Part shown: piece after piece, positions 1 to 9,994 of the stretch
Layout: the number at the start of each line of letters is the position of its first letter
Numbering within the stretch: position 1 is the first letter of the stretch
Assembly: GCA_963768835.1 (NCBI GenBank)
Contig: CAVYJB010000002.1
Location: forward strand, 72,230 to 136,229
DNA length: 64,000 nucleotides
DNA from: an uncultured bacterium
Lineage (GTDB): Bacteria > Patescibacteriota > Minisyncoccia > UBA6257 > GWB1-50-10
Reading direction: 5' to 3'
Made by a program: the position numbers and the translations under genes
The notes under the pieces: generated by a model
What the model was told of the DNA's origin: nothing
The model's input: only the letters and a program-made list of their open reading frames with translations
The model's database searches: none

Positions 1-202
1 CGAGCTGGTCCATCCCCAGGACCGTGGGCGTGGAAGCGCTGAAATTCAGGAGGAGCGAGAAGAGGATCGTGACCGAAATGAAGACGGCGATGGCCGCAAG
101 AATGTTTTTAGCAACAGGTTTCATGGCAGTGTTCCCACTATCGCAAAAAATAGTGGAGGGGTCAAACCCCTCCCCGCCCGCACCGTTCGCCCGCCGCGGC
201 GC

Positions 203-1291
203 CTACGCCCGAAGCTTGAGGACGATGCGGCGTTCGGCGGGCCGAACCTCCTGGATCGTAAAGGAGTACTCCTTCCCGATCGTGAGCGCGGCGCGCATCG
301 CTTCCACGCTTCCGAACTCCGTCACGTGGATCTGTCCTTGAAGGTCGGAGGTCAGCGTGACGATGGCACCATACGGGTTAAAGCTGTACACAGTACCGCG
401 GACCGCGCCACCCACAATATAGACAGTCTCCGCGGTCGTCCACGGATCGGCCTTCAGAGCCTTGAGGGAAAGGGAGATTTTCCCGTCCCGGATGTCCACG
501 ATTTTCACTCGGACGGGGTCGTCCACCTTCACCACTTCCTTGGGGTTTTCGACGGTCCGATATGCGAGCTCTGAAACGTGAATCAGGCCCTCCACAGCAG
601 GGTTATCGGTGAACCGGACGAAGGCCCCGAAGTCGGCTACCCCCGAGATAATGCCTTCGATCTCCTGTCCCACCGTGTAGTTCTTCGCGAACTCCCGCGA
701 GGAAACTTCGGAGGCCTCGCGCTCCGAGAGGATAAGTTTCTCCGTCCGAGGGTTGGCATCGATGATCTTCACCGTGAGCTCCTCGCCGACGAGCGCCTGG
801 AGCGCGGTTCCCACCTGCAGCCGGTCTTCGCCCGAGATTTTAGGATAGTGTTCGTTCGAAAGCTGCGAGACAGGCAGGAATGCCGGAAGGCCGGCGACCT
901 CCGCCGTGAGTCCTCCCTTGTTGGATCCGCGGATGCGCACCTTGAGAGGCTCTCCCTGCTCCATGAGTTCCGCGACCTGCGTCCAGGCCTTCTGCCGACC
1001 CGCCTCGGCGAGCGAGAGTTCCACATACCCTTCCTCATTGTCGACATCGAGGACCTTCGCGTGCACTTCATCGCCCGGCTTCAGGTTCCGAACGATCTCC
1101 CATGCGTTCTTGAGTTCCCCGCGATAGACCATCCCCGTGCCGAACCGGCCGAGGTCCACGATGAGCGCGCGCGCGCTCTTCTCAAGGATGCGCCCCACGA
1201 TAAGATCGCCCACGCGAGGAAGCATGACGAGAGCTGCGTCCTTCCGGAGGAACTCGGAGAGCGGGGTCGGGTTGGTTTTTACTACAGTCAC
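203..1291 (-). CDS. rpsA: 30S ribosomal protein S1 (four S1 RNA-binding domains)
   Basis: 362-aa ORF with repeated S1-domain motifs (GDxVxGxV...GLIHxSE); length and repeat organisation typical of short S1 proteins. Confidence 0.85.
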   Translation of the reverse strand: MTVVKTNPTPLSEFLRKDAALVMLPRVGDLIVGRILEKSARALIVDLGRFGTGMVYRGELKNAWEIVRNLKPGDEVHAKVLDVDNEEGYVELSLAEAGRQKAWTQVAELMEQGEPLKVRIRGSNKGGLTAEVAGLPAFLPVSQLSNEHYPKISGEDRLQVGTALQALVGEELTVKIIDANPRTEKLILSEREASEVSSREFAKNYTVGQEIEGIISGVADFGAFVRFTDNPAVEGLIHVSELAYRTVENPKEVVKVDDPVRVKIVDIRDGKISLSLKALKADPWTTAETVYIVGGAVRGTVYSFNPYGAIVTLTSDLQGQIHVTEFGSVEAMRAALTIGKEYSFTIQEVRPAERRIVLKLRA

Positions 1292-1363
1292 AGGGGGAAG
1301 CGTACCATAGAACCCCGTTGAAAGGCAAGCGGAACGGGCCTATAATGCATATCAACCTACGGC

Positions 1364-1945
1364 ATGGTTATAACCTACCAGGGTGAGAACTACTTCCGGT
1401 TCCAATCGGGCGACCTCACGCTCCTTGTGGACCCCACGAATCAGCGCGCGTTTAAAGGAGCGAGCGTGGTCCTCTGCACGACCTCTCCCGCCTCGAGCGC
1501 GCCGCCCGAGGAGTCGGGGGACGAGGCGCCGTTCTGGGTGGACCACCCCGGAGAATACGAGGCGAAGGGCATCGAGATCCGCGGCATCTCTACCGGGAAC
1601 GACGGCCGCGCGGACCACACCGCCTACCGCGTGACCATGGACGAGATCACGATCGGGCTCCTCGGACACCTCACCGCGGACCTCGACGAGCCTTCCCGGG
1701 AACTTCTGGGAGGCGTCGATATCCTTATTCTGCCGGCGGGCGGGAAACCCTATCTTTCGGAGGCGGCGGCGGCGAAGATCGCGCGCGAACTCGAGCCTTC
1801 CCTCGTCATTCCCTCGCTCACCGACGATCCGCGCACATTCCTGAAGGCGCTCGGGGTGACGGCGGCCGAGGAAGAGAAGCTGGTCCTGAAGAAAAAAGAC
1901 CTCGCGCCGGGGGCCTTGATCGTAAAACGACTGCAACATGCCTGA
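1364..1945 (+). CDS. metallo-beta-lactamase-fold-like protein (UPF0173/UlaG-like, possibly degenerate active site)
   Basis: 193 aa; N-terminal 'ITYQGENYFRFQSGDLTLLVDP' resembles MBL-fold hydrolases, but no clear HxHxDH motif. Confidence 0.4.
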   Translation: MVITYQGENYFRFQSGDLTLLVDPTNQRAFKGASVVLCTTSPASSAPPEESGDEAPFWVDHPGEYEAKGIEIRGISTGNDGRADHTAYRVTMDEITIGLLGHLTADLDEPSRELLGGVDILILPAGGKPYLSEAAAAKIARELEPSLVIPSLTDDPRTFLKALGVTAAEEEKLVLKKKDLAPGALIVKRLQHA

Positions 1946-2366
1946 TTTTTCCTCTTTTGGCTCGCGTTTCGCCGCGCGTCTCCGGCGCCTCCAGCGCGCG
2001 GACCTCGCCGTGCGGCGGCGGTGGCTCGTGGGCCTCTCGAGCGGGGCGTTCGTGGTCATTATCCTTCTCTGGATCTTTTACCTCCATCTCACGCTCCCTT
2101 CCGCGTCGACGGGCACCGACGCGGGTCTCGCGAGCTCCTCGACCTCCCAGGACACGGCACCGCAGGCCTCGACCGGCGACTCCTTCTTCGGGACGCTCGG
2201 CCGCGGCGCGCAGGAGATCTGGGGAAAAATCGCGACCGGAATCGCGAACCTGAGCGGAAGCGTCCGCGGCGCATTCTCCAGCTTCCGATCCACCCTTTCA
2301 ACCCCGAACAGCTTCTCCGTGATGCCGGCCGCGTCGACATCCGCCGGGACCACGAACGGATACTAG
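1938..2366 (+). CDS. hypothetical small membrane protein
   Basis: 142-aa ORF with one hydrophobic helix ([16 protein letters not shown]); overlaps the upstream stop by 8 nt; no recognised domain. Confidence 0.3.
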   Translation: MPDFSSFGSRFAARLRRLQRADLAVRRRWLVGLSSGAFVVIILLWIFYLHLTLPSASTGTDAGLASSSTSQDTAPQASTGDSFFGTLGRGAQEIWGKIATGIANLSGSVRGAFSSFRSTLSTPNSFSVMPAASTSAGTTNGY

Positions 2367-2370
2367 AACC

Positions 2371-4826
2371 ATGAGCGAGAAAGAAAACGAAAAACCAAAA
2401 TCGGCGAACCCGGGAGGGCGCGTGGATGCGCGCGAGATCACCGACGAACTCCGCGAATCGTACCTCGATTACGCGATGTCGGTCATTGTGGCGCGCGCCA
2501 TCCCCGACGTGCGGGACGGACTGAAGCCGGTGCAGCGCCGCATCCTCTGGGCGATGTGGGACATGGGGCTCACCCACAGCGCGAAGTTCAAAAAATCCTC
2601 GAACGTAGTGGGTGAGGTTCTCGGGAAGTATCATCCGCACGGCGACATGGCGGTCTACGACGCGCAGGCCCGCATGGCCCAGGACTTCTCGCTCCGCTAC
2701 CCCTTGATCGACGGCCAAGGAAACTGGGGCTCCGTTGACGGCGACGCGCCGGCCGCGATGCGGTACACCGAAGCCCGGCTCACGAAGATGGCGGGGGAGC
2801 TTCTCCTCGACATCGAGAAGGAGACCGTGGAGTGGGTGCCGAACTACGACGCTCACGCGAAGAGCCGCGCTATCTCCCGGCGAAGCTTCCGAACCTCCTC
2901 CTGAACGGCACCGTCGGCATCGCTGTCGGCATGGCGACCTCCATTCCTCCGCACAACCTCGGGGAGGTGGCGGACGCCCTTCTTCATCTTATGAAGGAGC
3001 CGGACGCGGACGTGAAGGATCTCATGCGAGTTCATCCCGGGGCCGGACTTCCCGACCGGGGGCACCATCTACGATCAGAAGGCGCTCGAGGAGGCGTACG
3101 CACCGGCAAGGGTTCCATCACCATCCGCGCGGTCGCCGAGATCGAGGAGCGGAAGAAGGGAGCTTCCAGATCATCGTGACCGAGATACCGTACCAGGTGA
3201 ACAAATCGGACCTCATCACGAAGATGGCGGAGCTCGTGCAGGAAAAGAAGATAGAGGGCATCCGCGACCTCCGCGACGAGTCCGACCGCGACGGCCTCCG
3301 GATCGTCGTCGAGCTCAAGGGCGACGCCGCCCCCAGAAAATCCTGAACCAGCTTTTCGAATACACGGAGCTTCAGAAGAAGTTCTATCTGAACATGCTCG
3401 CGCTCATGGAGGGCTCCAGCCCCGGATGCTTTCTCGCTCGGAGGTGCTCCGGAATACCTGGCGCACCGCAAATCGTCATCCGCCGGCGGACGCGAGTTCG
3501 ACCTCAAGAAAGCGCAGGAGCGCGCGCACATTCTCGAGGGTCTCTTAAGGCGCTGGACGCCATCGACAGGGTCATCGCCGACCATCAAGAAATCAAAGGA
3601 CCGCGAGGACGCTAAGACAGAACTTGATGAGAACTTCTAAGATCACGGCGATACAGGCGGACGCCATCCTCGAGATGCGCCTCCAGACCCTCGCCGCGCT
3701 CGAGCGCGAGAAATGGACGAAGAGCTCAAGGAGAAGCGGAAGCTGATCGAGGAGCTGGACGCTTATTTTGAAAAGCCGAAGCGGATCCTCGACGATCATC
3801 GGGAAGGAGCTCAGGCCTCTCAAAAGACGCGTTCCCGAGGGCCGGCGGACGAAGATCGTGCCACGGGCTCAAGGAGTTCAATGAGGAGGATCTCAGTCGC
3901 TTGAGGAGGCGGTCATCGTCTCACGCAGGACGGCTACATCAAACGCATGCCGCCTACACGCTTCAGGCCCAGCGCGCGGCGGCAAGGGGCTCATCGGCAT
4001 CGAACTCAAGGAAGAGGACCAGATCCATCAGATTCTCGCGCGACACGCACGACAACATCCTGTTCTTCACCGACGGCGGCAGGGTGTTCCAGACGAAAGC
4101 CTACGAGATTCCGGTCGCGGCCCGCACACCAAGGGGAGTCGATCCACAACTTCCTCGACGATCCCGGCCGACGAAAAGGTGAGCGCCATCGTGAGCTACG
4201 ACCGAGGCGAAAAAAGCAGGACTCCTCGTGATGGCGACGCAGGAGGGCATCGTGAAACGGACCGGCTTGCCGACTTCGAGAACGTGCGCCGGACCGGCAT
4301 CATCGCCATCAACCTGAAGGGCAGGGACCGCCTGCGATGGGTCGGGCACTCAGGCGGGAAGGACCAGGTCGTCGTGTATCGGTGCGCGGACGCGCCATCC
4401 GTTTCAAGGAAAAGGACATTCGTCCGATGGGCCGCACCGCGGCGGGCATCCGCGGCATCCGCCTCGGCAAGGGGGATATGGTGAGCCGGGCTTGATATAA
4501 TAAAGAGCGACCGGAGCCGCGAAGTCCGAACGGCTGCTCGTCGTCATGGGGAAGGGGTTCGCGAAGCAGACGTCACTTAAGGAGTACAAGCTCCAGCATC
4601 GCGGCGGCGCGGGATCCTGACCGCCAAGGTGACCCCGAAAACAGGCGCGGTGATCGCGGTCGCGATCGTGAACGATGCCACCGAGGAGGTGCTCGCGTTC
4701 TCCTCGAAGGGACAGGCGCTCCGGACCCGCCTCAGCGACATCCGGACGGCGGGGAGGGCGACCCAGGGAGTCCGCATCATGGACCTGGGGGAGGGCGATT
4801 CCCTGATCGGCATTGTCTGCCTCTAA
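2371..4826 (+). pseudogene. gyrA: DNA gyrase subunit A, disrupted by multiple frameshifts
   Basis: GyrA motifs ([71 protein letters not shown]-terminal beta-pinwheel repeats) appear in order across at least 8 successive ORF fragments in all three + frames over ~2.45 kb. This matches a full-length ~818-aa GyrA interrupted by many single-base indels. Confidence 0.8.
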
Positions 4827-4856
4827 AGAAGTTTTCCGACGTTCTCCACTAACCGG

Positions 4857-6179
4857 ATGAATCTCACTAGAAACCAGGCGATTGTAATTCTGAGCATCGG
4901 CACGGTAATCCTCCTTTTCGCGCTGATGTTCCTCGGCGTCATCCCGGGGTTCCGTGGCGTCGGCCCGAAACAAAATACGGCGCCGAAACTCACGCTCAAT
5001 GTATGGACGGTGGGGGATCAACAAGACAACTACCAACTCGCGTTCTCGGGCTTCTCAAAAATCTATCCGAACGTCTCCTTCGCGTTCCGCAGCTTCCCCG
5101 ACATCACGACGTATGAATCCTCGCTTCTGGATGCTCTGGCGGCGGGGAGCGGCCCGGACATTTTCATGGTCCGGAACGACAAGCTCGGGTCATACCTTAA
5201 TAAGATCGTAGCCGCTCCGACACAACAATTCACCCAGAGCCAACTCCAGCAGGCGTTCCCTGAAACGGTGGCGAATGATTTCGTGCGGAACGGAGCGCTC
5301 TACGGGCTTCCGGTCTCGATCGACGATCTCGCCCTCCTCTACAACCGCGATCTTCTGGACCGCGCGGCCGTGCCGGTTCCGACAACGTGGGACGATCTGG
5401 TGGCCGCGGTCCCCGCGCTCACAAAATACGATTCCGGGAGGAACATCACGCAGGCGGCGGTAGCCCTCGGCACGGGGACAGGAAACATCTCGCGCGCGGC
5501 TGACATTCTGGAGCTTCTTTTCCTCCAACACAACGTCGCCTACACCGATCAGAATCTCACGGACGGCACAGTGGGCCTTTCTTCGCCCGACGCCGCGAAC
5601 GCCGTGAATTTCTATACGCAATTCTCCGACGCCAACAGCTCGGCCTACACCTGGAACTCGAGTCTGCCACAGGACACCGATTTCTTCGCCGCAGGACATG
5701 TCGCGATGATCCTCGACTACGCGTCGGACCTTCCGGCCATCAAGGCCCAGAACGCGTTCCTGAACCTCGGCGTGGCGCCCGTCCTCCAATCGAATAACGC
5801 GCAGGTGGTTGTCGATCTCCCACGCTACTTCGGCTACGTCGTTTCTCGACAGAGCCCGAACCAGGCATGGGCTTGGAACTTTATTTTGTGGTTCAGCACA
5901 AACCCTTCGGTTGCGAAAACCTACCTCGACGGGACGGGCGGACCGCCCGCTCTCCGCTCGCTCATCCAGACGGACCTCGGGGACTCGGTGCTTGGCCCCT
6001 TCGCTCGGCAGGCGCTGATCGCGCGCGCTTGGGCGCCGCTTGATGCCACCGCGGTGGGCAGTATCCTCTCGAGTCTTATTGATGGCGTGGTGAATTCCCA
6101 ACTGCCCGCCGCCGTCGGACTCCAAACGGCGCAGACACAGATTAAGGCGCTCCAGGGAGGGAACGGTGCAGCTCAGTGA
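4857..6179 (+). CDS. extracellular solute-binding protein (family 1, MalE-like) with N-terminal membrane anchor
   Basis: 440 aa; N-terminal TM/signal region followed by a periplasmic-binding-protein-like sequence; no adjacent ABC permease or ATPase genes. Confidence 0.55.
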   Translation: MNLTRNQAIVILSIGTVILLFALMFLGVIPGFRGVGPKQNTAPKLTLNVWTVGDQQDNYQLAFSGFSKIYPNVSFAFRSFPDITTYESSLLDALAAGSGPDIFMVRNDKLGSYLNKIVAAPTQQFTQSQLQQAFPETVANDFVRNGALYGLPVSIDDLALLYNRDLLDRAAVPVPTTWDDLVAAVPALTKYDSGRNITQAAVALGTGTGNISRAADILELLFLQHNVAYTDQNLTDGTVGLSSPDAANAVNFYTQFSDANSSAYTWNSSLPQDTDFFAAGHVAMILDYASDLPAIKAQNAFLNLGVAPVLQSNNAQVVVDLPRYFGYVVSRQSPNQAWAWNFILWFSTNPSVAKTYLDGTGGPPALRSLIQTDLGDSVLGPFARQALIARAWAPLDATAVGSILSSLIDGVVNSQLPAAVGLQTAQTQIKALQGGNGAAQ

Positions 6180-6580
6180 AGTGCTATAATGAATTCATGA
6201 CGAGGCTCCGTGCGCATTCTCCTCTCCGTTTCCTCTTCGCCTTCGTCCCCCTCGCATCTTTTGCTCTCACCGCACACGCACAAGGTGGAGTCGGTGGAGG
6301 AGGTGGGGCCGGGCTCCAACCCTTCACAGGATCCCCGACAAGCCTCACCGGAATCCTTACGAACATCGCGAATATACTCGCGTATCAGATTGCCCCGGTC
6401 ATCGGCGGCATCATGATCCTCATTGGAGCCTTCCAAATGCTCTTTTCCGCCGGGGACCCCGACAAGTTCCAGACCGGAAAGAAAACTATCTTGTACACGG
6501 TCATTGGGTATGCTATAATCTTTTTAAGCTCCGTAATCATATCGGTCGTCCAGAATCTCCTGACAGGGACGGCAACCTAG
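6176..6580 (+). CDS. TrbC/VirB2-like pilin (T4SS-type pilin)
   Basis: 134 aa. A signal-peptide-like N-terminus and a Gly-rich linker precede two hydrophobic helices separated by a short charged loop (GDPDKFQTGKK). The GTG start overlaps the solute-binding-protein stop, and an alternative ATG lies at 6197. Confidence 0.55.
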   Translation: MKCYNEFMTRLRAHSPLRFLFAFVPLASFALTAHAQGGVGGGGGAGLQPFTGSPTSLTGILTNIANILAYQIAPVIGGIMILIGAFQMLFSAGDPDKFQTGKKTILYTVIGYAIIFLSSVIISVVQNLLTGTAT

Positions 6581-6654
6581 CCTACGGAGAACACCGCGCA
6601 TCCATCCGTCAAAAGGAAAGGTCGAAACGTCAATAACGTAACGATATCTCTGTA

Positions 6655-6996
6655 ATGAAAAAACTAACTGTGGCAGGAGGAGCACTCCTATTGGCGTCTC
6701 TTCCTCTCATCTCTGCAGCACAGACGACATCCTTCGCAACCCCGACAATTTCGACCGTCGGAGGGTTCTTGGGTCTTCTGACCCAGATCTTTGGCTGGAT
6801 TCAGGTCGCATTCTGGATCTTGGCAGCCATCTTCATCCTTCTCACGGCGTTCAAGTACCTGACAGCGCAGGGCGATGAGTCGAAGATCGCAACCGCAAAG
6901 CAGATGCTTGTTTACACCATTATCGCCATCGCGATAGGGCTCTTTGCGACCATCGGTATCAGTCTCGTCCGCAGCTTCCTTTCGGGTGGAGCATAA
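6655..6996 (+). CDS. TrbC/VirB2-like pilin paralog
   Basis: 113 aa with the same architecture (signal peptide, two TM helices, charged loop QGDESKIATAKQ); tandem to the previous pilin gene. Confidence 0.55.
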   Translation: MKKLTVAGGALLLASLPLISAAQTTSFATPTISTVGGFLGLLTQIFGWIQVAFWILAAIFILLTAFKYLTAQGDESKIATAKQMLVYTIIAIAIGLFATIGISLVRSFLSGGA

Positions 6997-7025
6997 CGAA
7001 TCACGAACGGAAACGGACAAATTTC

Positions 7026-7064
7026 AACACCCTCGCCATCCGGCGGGGGTGTTGTGCTTTTCGC
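7026..7064 (+). terminator. intrinsic terminator after the pilin pair
   Basis: GC-rich hairpin (caacaccctcgcc / ggcgggggtgttg) followed by tgcttttcg. Confidence 0.5.
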
Positions 7065-7097
7065 TCCTCCATAGGATAAATAGAGGATAGCGCCTTC

Positions 7098-8489
7098 ATG
7101 AATCGAACCGCTCTCACGCTGACCATTGTCGGCATTTTCGTTCTGAACGTCGGGCTGCGTTGCTTCAATATCGCCTACCCCGATCGCCCCGTCTTCGACG
7201 AAGCTCATTTTACAACCTACGCCGCTGCTTATGCATCGCACCGGCCCTATATTGATATTCATCCCCCCCTCGGGAAAGCCCTTTACGCCATCCCGCTCTT
7301 CTTCGCAGACCCGACGACGTATCGAGGAACTCAGTTTGTGATTCCTTCCACCACCATGATCAACAGCGCGGTGGGGAAAGAGATGAATCTCGACTATATC
7401 ACGACGAGCACTCAGTACGGCGGCTTCCCCTATGTGGCCTTGCGCGTCGAAGGCTCGATTTGGGGCGGAATCCTCGCGGTCTCCGTCTTCGTTTTTGTTC
7501 TCACTCTCACAGGCGAAGTTCTTCCCGCCGCGCTCGCCGTCTTCCTTGTGACATTCGAGAACGCCTTAGTAACAGAGACGCGCCTCGTTTTAATGAACGG
7601 AATGTATCTCTCGCTCGGTTTTTTTGCGCTCGCTCTCTTTTTCAAGAAACGGCCTTTCCAGAAACTCAGTGGAGCCGTGTGGGGACTTTCGATGGGGGTG
7701 AAGGCTATCGCGCTGACTTTCCTCGGTCCTATCCTCGCGGCCGTGCTCCTGCCGGGCGGGAAACCCTGGAACGAGCGAATAAAGACCTTCGGCCGATTCA
7801 TCGGGATGGGCGTGATTGTTTTTGGAATCATCATGCTAGTCGTGAACTCCATCTCCACTCCCGCCCAAGACCGCCTCACGTTCTATTATCGCCTCGCGTG
7901 GGGGAAAGCTTACGTGAACCCACCCCCCCAACCACAGGACCCTCCCATCCTCTCCGCCTTTGTCCGCTGGGCAGGCCCCCCGATTCACGCGGCCATCCTC
8001 GAAACGTTCTTTACCCTTTCAGGCTATACGGAAGGAAGCGCTCATCCTATGGAAAGCGATTGGTATCAATGGCCGGTTATGCAACGATCGATGGAATACT
8101 TTAAGGACGCGGTCTCGGGGAAACGCATCGTGCTCACCGGAAATCCTGTTGTTTGGTACCTTGGGAGCTTGAGCATCCTCGGCGGCGCCTTTTATCTCAT
8201 TTGGTCCCGACGAAAAGGGAGGGGGCTGCTGGAGGGGACTCCTCGCGTTGTTCTTCTGCTCCTGAGCGGCTATCTTACTTCCCTCTTCCCATTCCTCCTC
8301 ATCCAACGCTCGAAGTTCCTCTATCACTACTTCCCGGGGCTCATTTTCTCCATCTGCACCGCGGCGGTGCTCATTGCGGAGCTCCTAAAAAATCGATCCC
8401 CACGGACACGCGCTGTGGTGTTGGGGGTGCTGGGGATTGCCACTCTCGTAGGATTTATTCTTACCGCGCCACTTACTTACGGTCTCTAG
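7098..8489 (+). CDS. GT39-family (PMT/ArnT-like) polyprenyl-phosphate-dependent glycosyltransferase
   Basis: 463-aa polytopic membrane protein; N-terminal 'FDEAHFTTYA...YIDIHPPLGK' matches the DE/HPPLGK signature of protein O-mannosyltransferase-like enzymes. Confidence 0.7.
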   Translation: MNRTALTLTIVGIFVLNVGLRCFNIAYPDRPVFDEAHFTTYAAAYASHRPYIDIHPPLGKALYAIPLFFADPTTYRGTQFVIPSTTMINSAVGKEMNLDYITTSTQYGGFPYVALRVEGSIWGGILAVSVFVFVLTLTGEVLPAALAVFLVTFENALVTETRLVLMNGMYLSLGFFALALFFKKRPFQKLSGAVWGLSMGVKAIALTFLGPILAAVLLPGGKPWNERIKTFGRFIGMGVIVFGIIMLVVNSISTPAQDRLTFYYRLAWGKAYVNPPPQPQDPPILSAFVRWAGPPIHAAILETFFTLSGYTEGSAHPMESDWYQWPVMQRSMEYFKDAVSGKRIVLTGNPVVWYLGSLSILGGAFYLIWSRRKGRGLLEGTPRVVLLLLSGYLTSLFPFLLIQRSKFLYHYFPGLIFSICTAAVLIAELLKNRSPRTRAVVLGVLGIATLVGFILTAPLTYGL

Positions 8490-8494
8490 TTTGT

Positions 8495-8538
8495 AAAAAA
8501 AACCCCCGGTGCTCGATTATTCTCGAGCCCGTGGGGTA
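8495..8538 (-). terminator. intrinsic terminator (minus strand) downstream of the 8557-9546 gene
   Basis: On the minus strand, a ccccacgggctcga/tcgagcaccggggg hairpin is followed by T8; it is near-identical to the terminator at 9926-9969. Confidence 0.6.
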
Positions 8539-8556
8539 TACAACTTTTTAGGCAGC

Positions 8557-9546
8557 TTACTGTTTTCTCACAACAATCAGTACCGTGCCTAGATCCAGCG
8601 CCTCACAATATACGACCCCTGCTGGGTTTGCGCCCGCCCATATTCCACCTATTTCATTGCTACGGAATAATTTCTCACTACCATCCGGCTGCCTAGAAAA
8701 AGCAATGAACGGCTTGTTCGTGTATATCCAGTGGATTGTTCCGTGTCCGGCACTGAACGTCGGCGTCCGAACGCCAACCAGGAGCTTAAACGTATCCACC
8801 CTCCCAAGCGTGGAAGGAGGGATTGTGGTGCCTGAAGGAATCATCGCGTTAGCGTTGCTGGGAAAGCTTACATTCCCCGAAAACGTGGTTGGCTGTCGCT
8901 CTGCTGGTTTCTGATAGCTCTCCGAATGGAAAGGGGGCGGAGCAATGCTTGTATCGGCAATCCAGCGCTCTATTTTTCCAAGCTCATGCTTTCCCCGAAC
9001 CTCGAGGGCTGGACGTAACCCTGGGCTTATTAGCTCGAGCATACCAGGGAGCGACAGCAAACAGAGAAATGCGGCAGCTATGAATCCTATCGCTACCATA
9101 ATTCCCCGCATTCGCTTGGCTGTTTTTTCGATACTGAATCCTGGGAGAGAAAGAGAGAGAAGGGATGCGGCGATGACCGCGAGTAAAAGAATGGCGCTAA
9201 GCGGTCGGTTCGTTGAAAGGTGAATAAACGATAGGAGCACCCCGGTGCTTACACCCATTCCCAGAATGTATCCGACGATTCTCAACACCGCCCGACCAGA
9301 TCCGAAAGAGGAGAGAATAATAGGCACCAACGGGTTAACGCGCGCGATCGCAAGGATCAGTAAGATAACGAAAAGCGCGACCCCTACTACCGCAAGCATG
9401 TACGTGACCCCAGCAAACGAGAAGAGGATGAGTACTACGGGATAAGCAATGAGCGCGATGGTTATCATACGCGCCCACCAACTACCGGTGTCCCAGAGAT
9501 CCATTAGAAATTTCCAGGACTGGGTTAGTAACGCGAGAAAATTCAT
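8557..9546 (-). CDS. polytopic membrane protein with conserved unknown C-terminal domain (paralog B)
   Basis: 329 aa with 6 or more N-terminal TM helices; the C-terminal ~90 aa (PSTLGRVDTFKLLVGVRTPTFSAGHGT...NKPFIAFSR.PDGSEKLFR...PAGVVYCEA) is clearly homologous to the C-terminus of the 9995-10951 product. Confidence 0.6.
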   Translation of the reverse strand: MNFLALLTQSWKFLMDLWDTGSWWARMITIALIAYPVVLILFSFAGVTYMLAVVGVALFVILLILAIARVNPLVPIILSSFGSGRAVLRIVGYILGMGVSTGVLLSFIHLSTNRPLSAILLLAVIAASLLSLSLPGFSIEKTAKRMRGIMVAIGFIAAAFLCLLSLPGMLELISPGLRPALEVRGKHELGKIERWIADTSIAPPPFHSESYQKPAERQPTTFSGNVSFPSNANAMIPSGTTIPPSTLGRVDTFKLLVGVRTPTFSAGHGTIHWIYTNKPFIAFSRQPDGSEKLFRSNEIGGIWAGANPAGVVYCEALDLGTVLIVVRKQ

Positions 9547-9806
9547 GGTACCCTCCTTTCCAACTTTTGTCGTGATTCTCGGTATTCATTTTCCAAATCT
9601 TTCTGCCGCCCCTTCTTCCGTTTTATCCAACGGCTATTGTAGCGATACTCGAGAATTATGTCAGCAAGATTCCCACTAATCTCCCCTGCATCTCGTACAA
9701 CTCGAGAGAGCAATCCCTTGAGACTGGCCAGGGCTCTACGAAAGAATCTTTGAATTCTGCTGTTGCTTACTTTCTCTATCCATTGCTCCAGCTGGTTCCG
9801 TGTCAT
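9543..9806 (-). CDS. small basic hypothetical protein
   Basis: 87-aa ORF whose stop overlaps (ATGA) the start of paralog B; no recognised domain. Confidence 0.25.
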   Translation of the reverse strand: MTRNQLEQWIEKVSNSRIQRFFRRALASLKGLLSRVVRDAGEISGNLADIILEYRYNSRWIKRKKGRQKDLENEYRESRQKLERRVP

Positions 9807-9925
9807 AATTTCCTCGCTCCAGTTAACGGTATTGTTTACAAATTCCTGCCTTGATTAGAGCATTGTAATGCAAGCTTGTCAAATACTAACGCGGCGGCAG
9901 GATGTAGGTCCCGGGGGGAGATTGA

Positions 9926-9969
9926 GAAAAAAAAACCCCGGTGCTCGATGGTTTTTCGAGTCCGCGGGG
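9926..9969 (-). terminator. intrinsic terminator (minus strand) downstream of the 9995-10951 gene
   Basis: On the minus strand, a ccccgcggactcga..tcgagcaccgggg hairpin is followed by T10; it is a sequence paralog of the 8495-8538 terminator. Confidence 0.6.
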
Positions 9970-9994
9970 TTTGTGACTTCTTATCTGTACGACA

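Noticed and set aside
578-1321. 247-aa + strand ORF and several smaller ORFs antisense to rpsA
   Set aside because: Fully overlaps a gene with clear S1-domain homology on the other strand; typical shadow ORF in GC-rich DNA with few stop codons.
2089-2856. 255-aa minus-strand ORF antisense to the 5' part of gyrA
   Set aside because: Arg/Ser/Pro-rich product with no domain; the opposite strand carries unmistakable GyrA motifs.
2371-4826. Programmed frameshifting or an intein as the explanation for the broken gyrA
   Set aside because: There are too many independent shifts (at least 8), in both directions and without slippery heptamers; no intein-sized insertion is present, since total length equals a normal GyrA.
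5190-6125. 311-aa minus-strand ORF inside the solute-binding-protein gene
   Set aside because: Arg/Gly-rich low-complexity antisense product; the sense-strand solute-binding protein has a coherent secreted-protein architecture.
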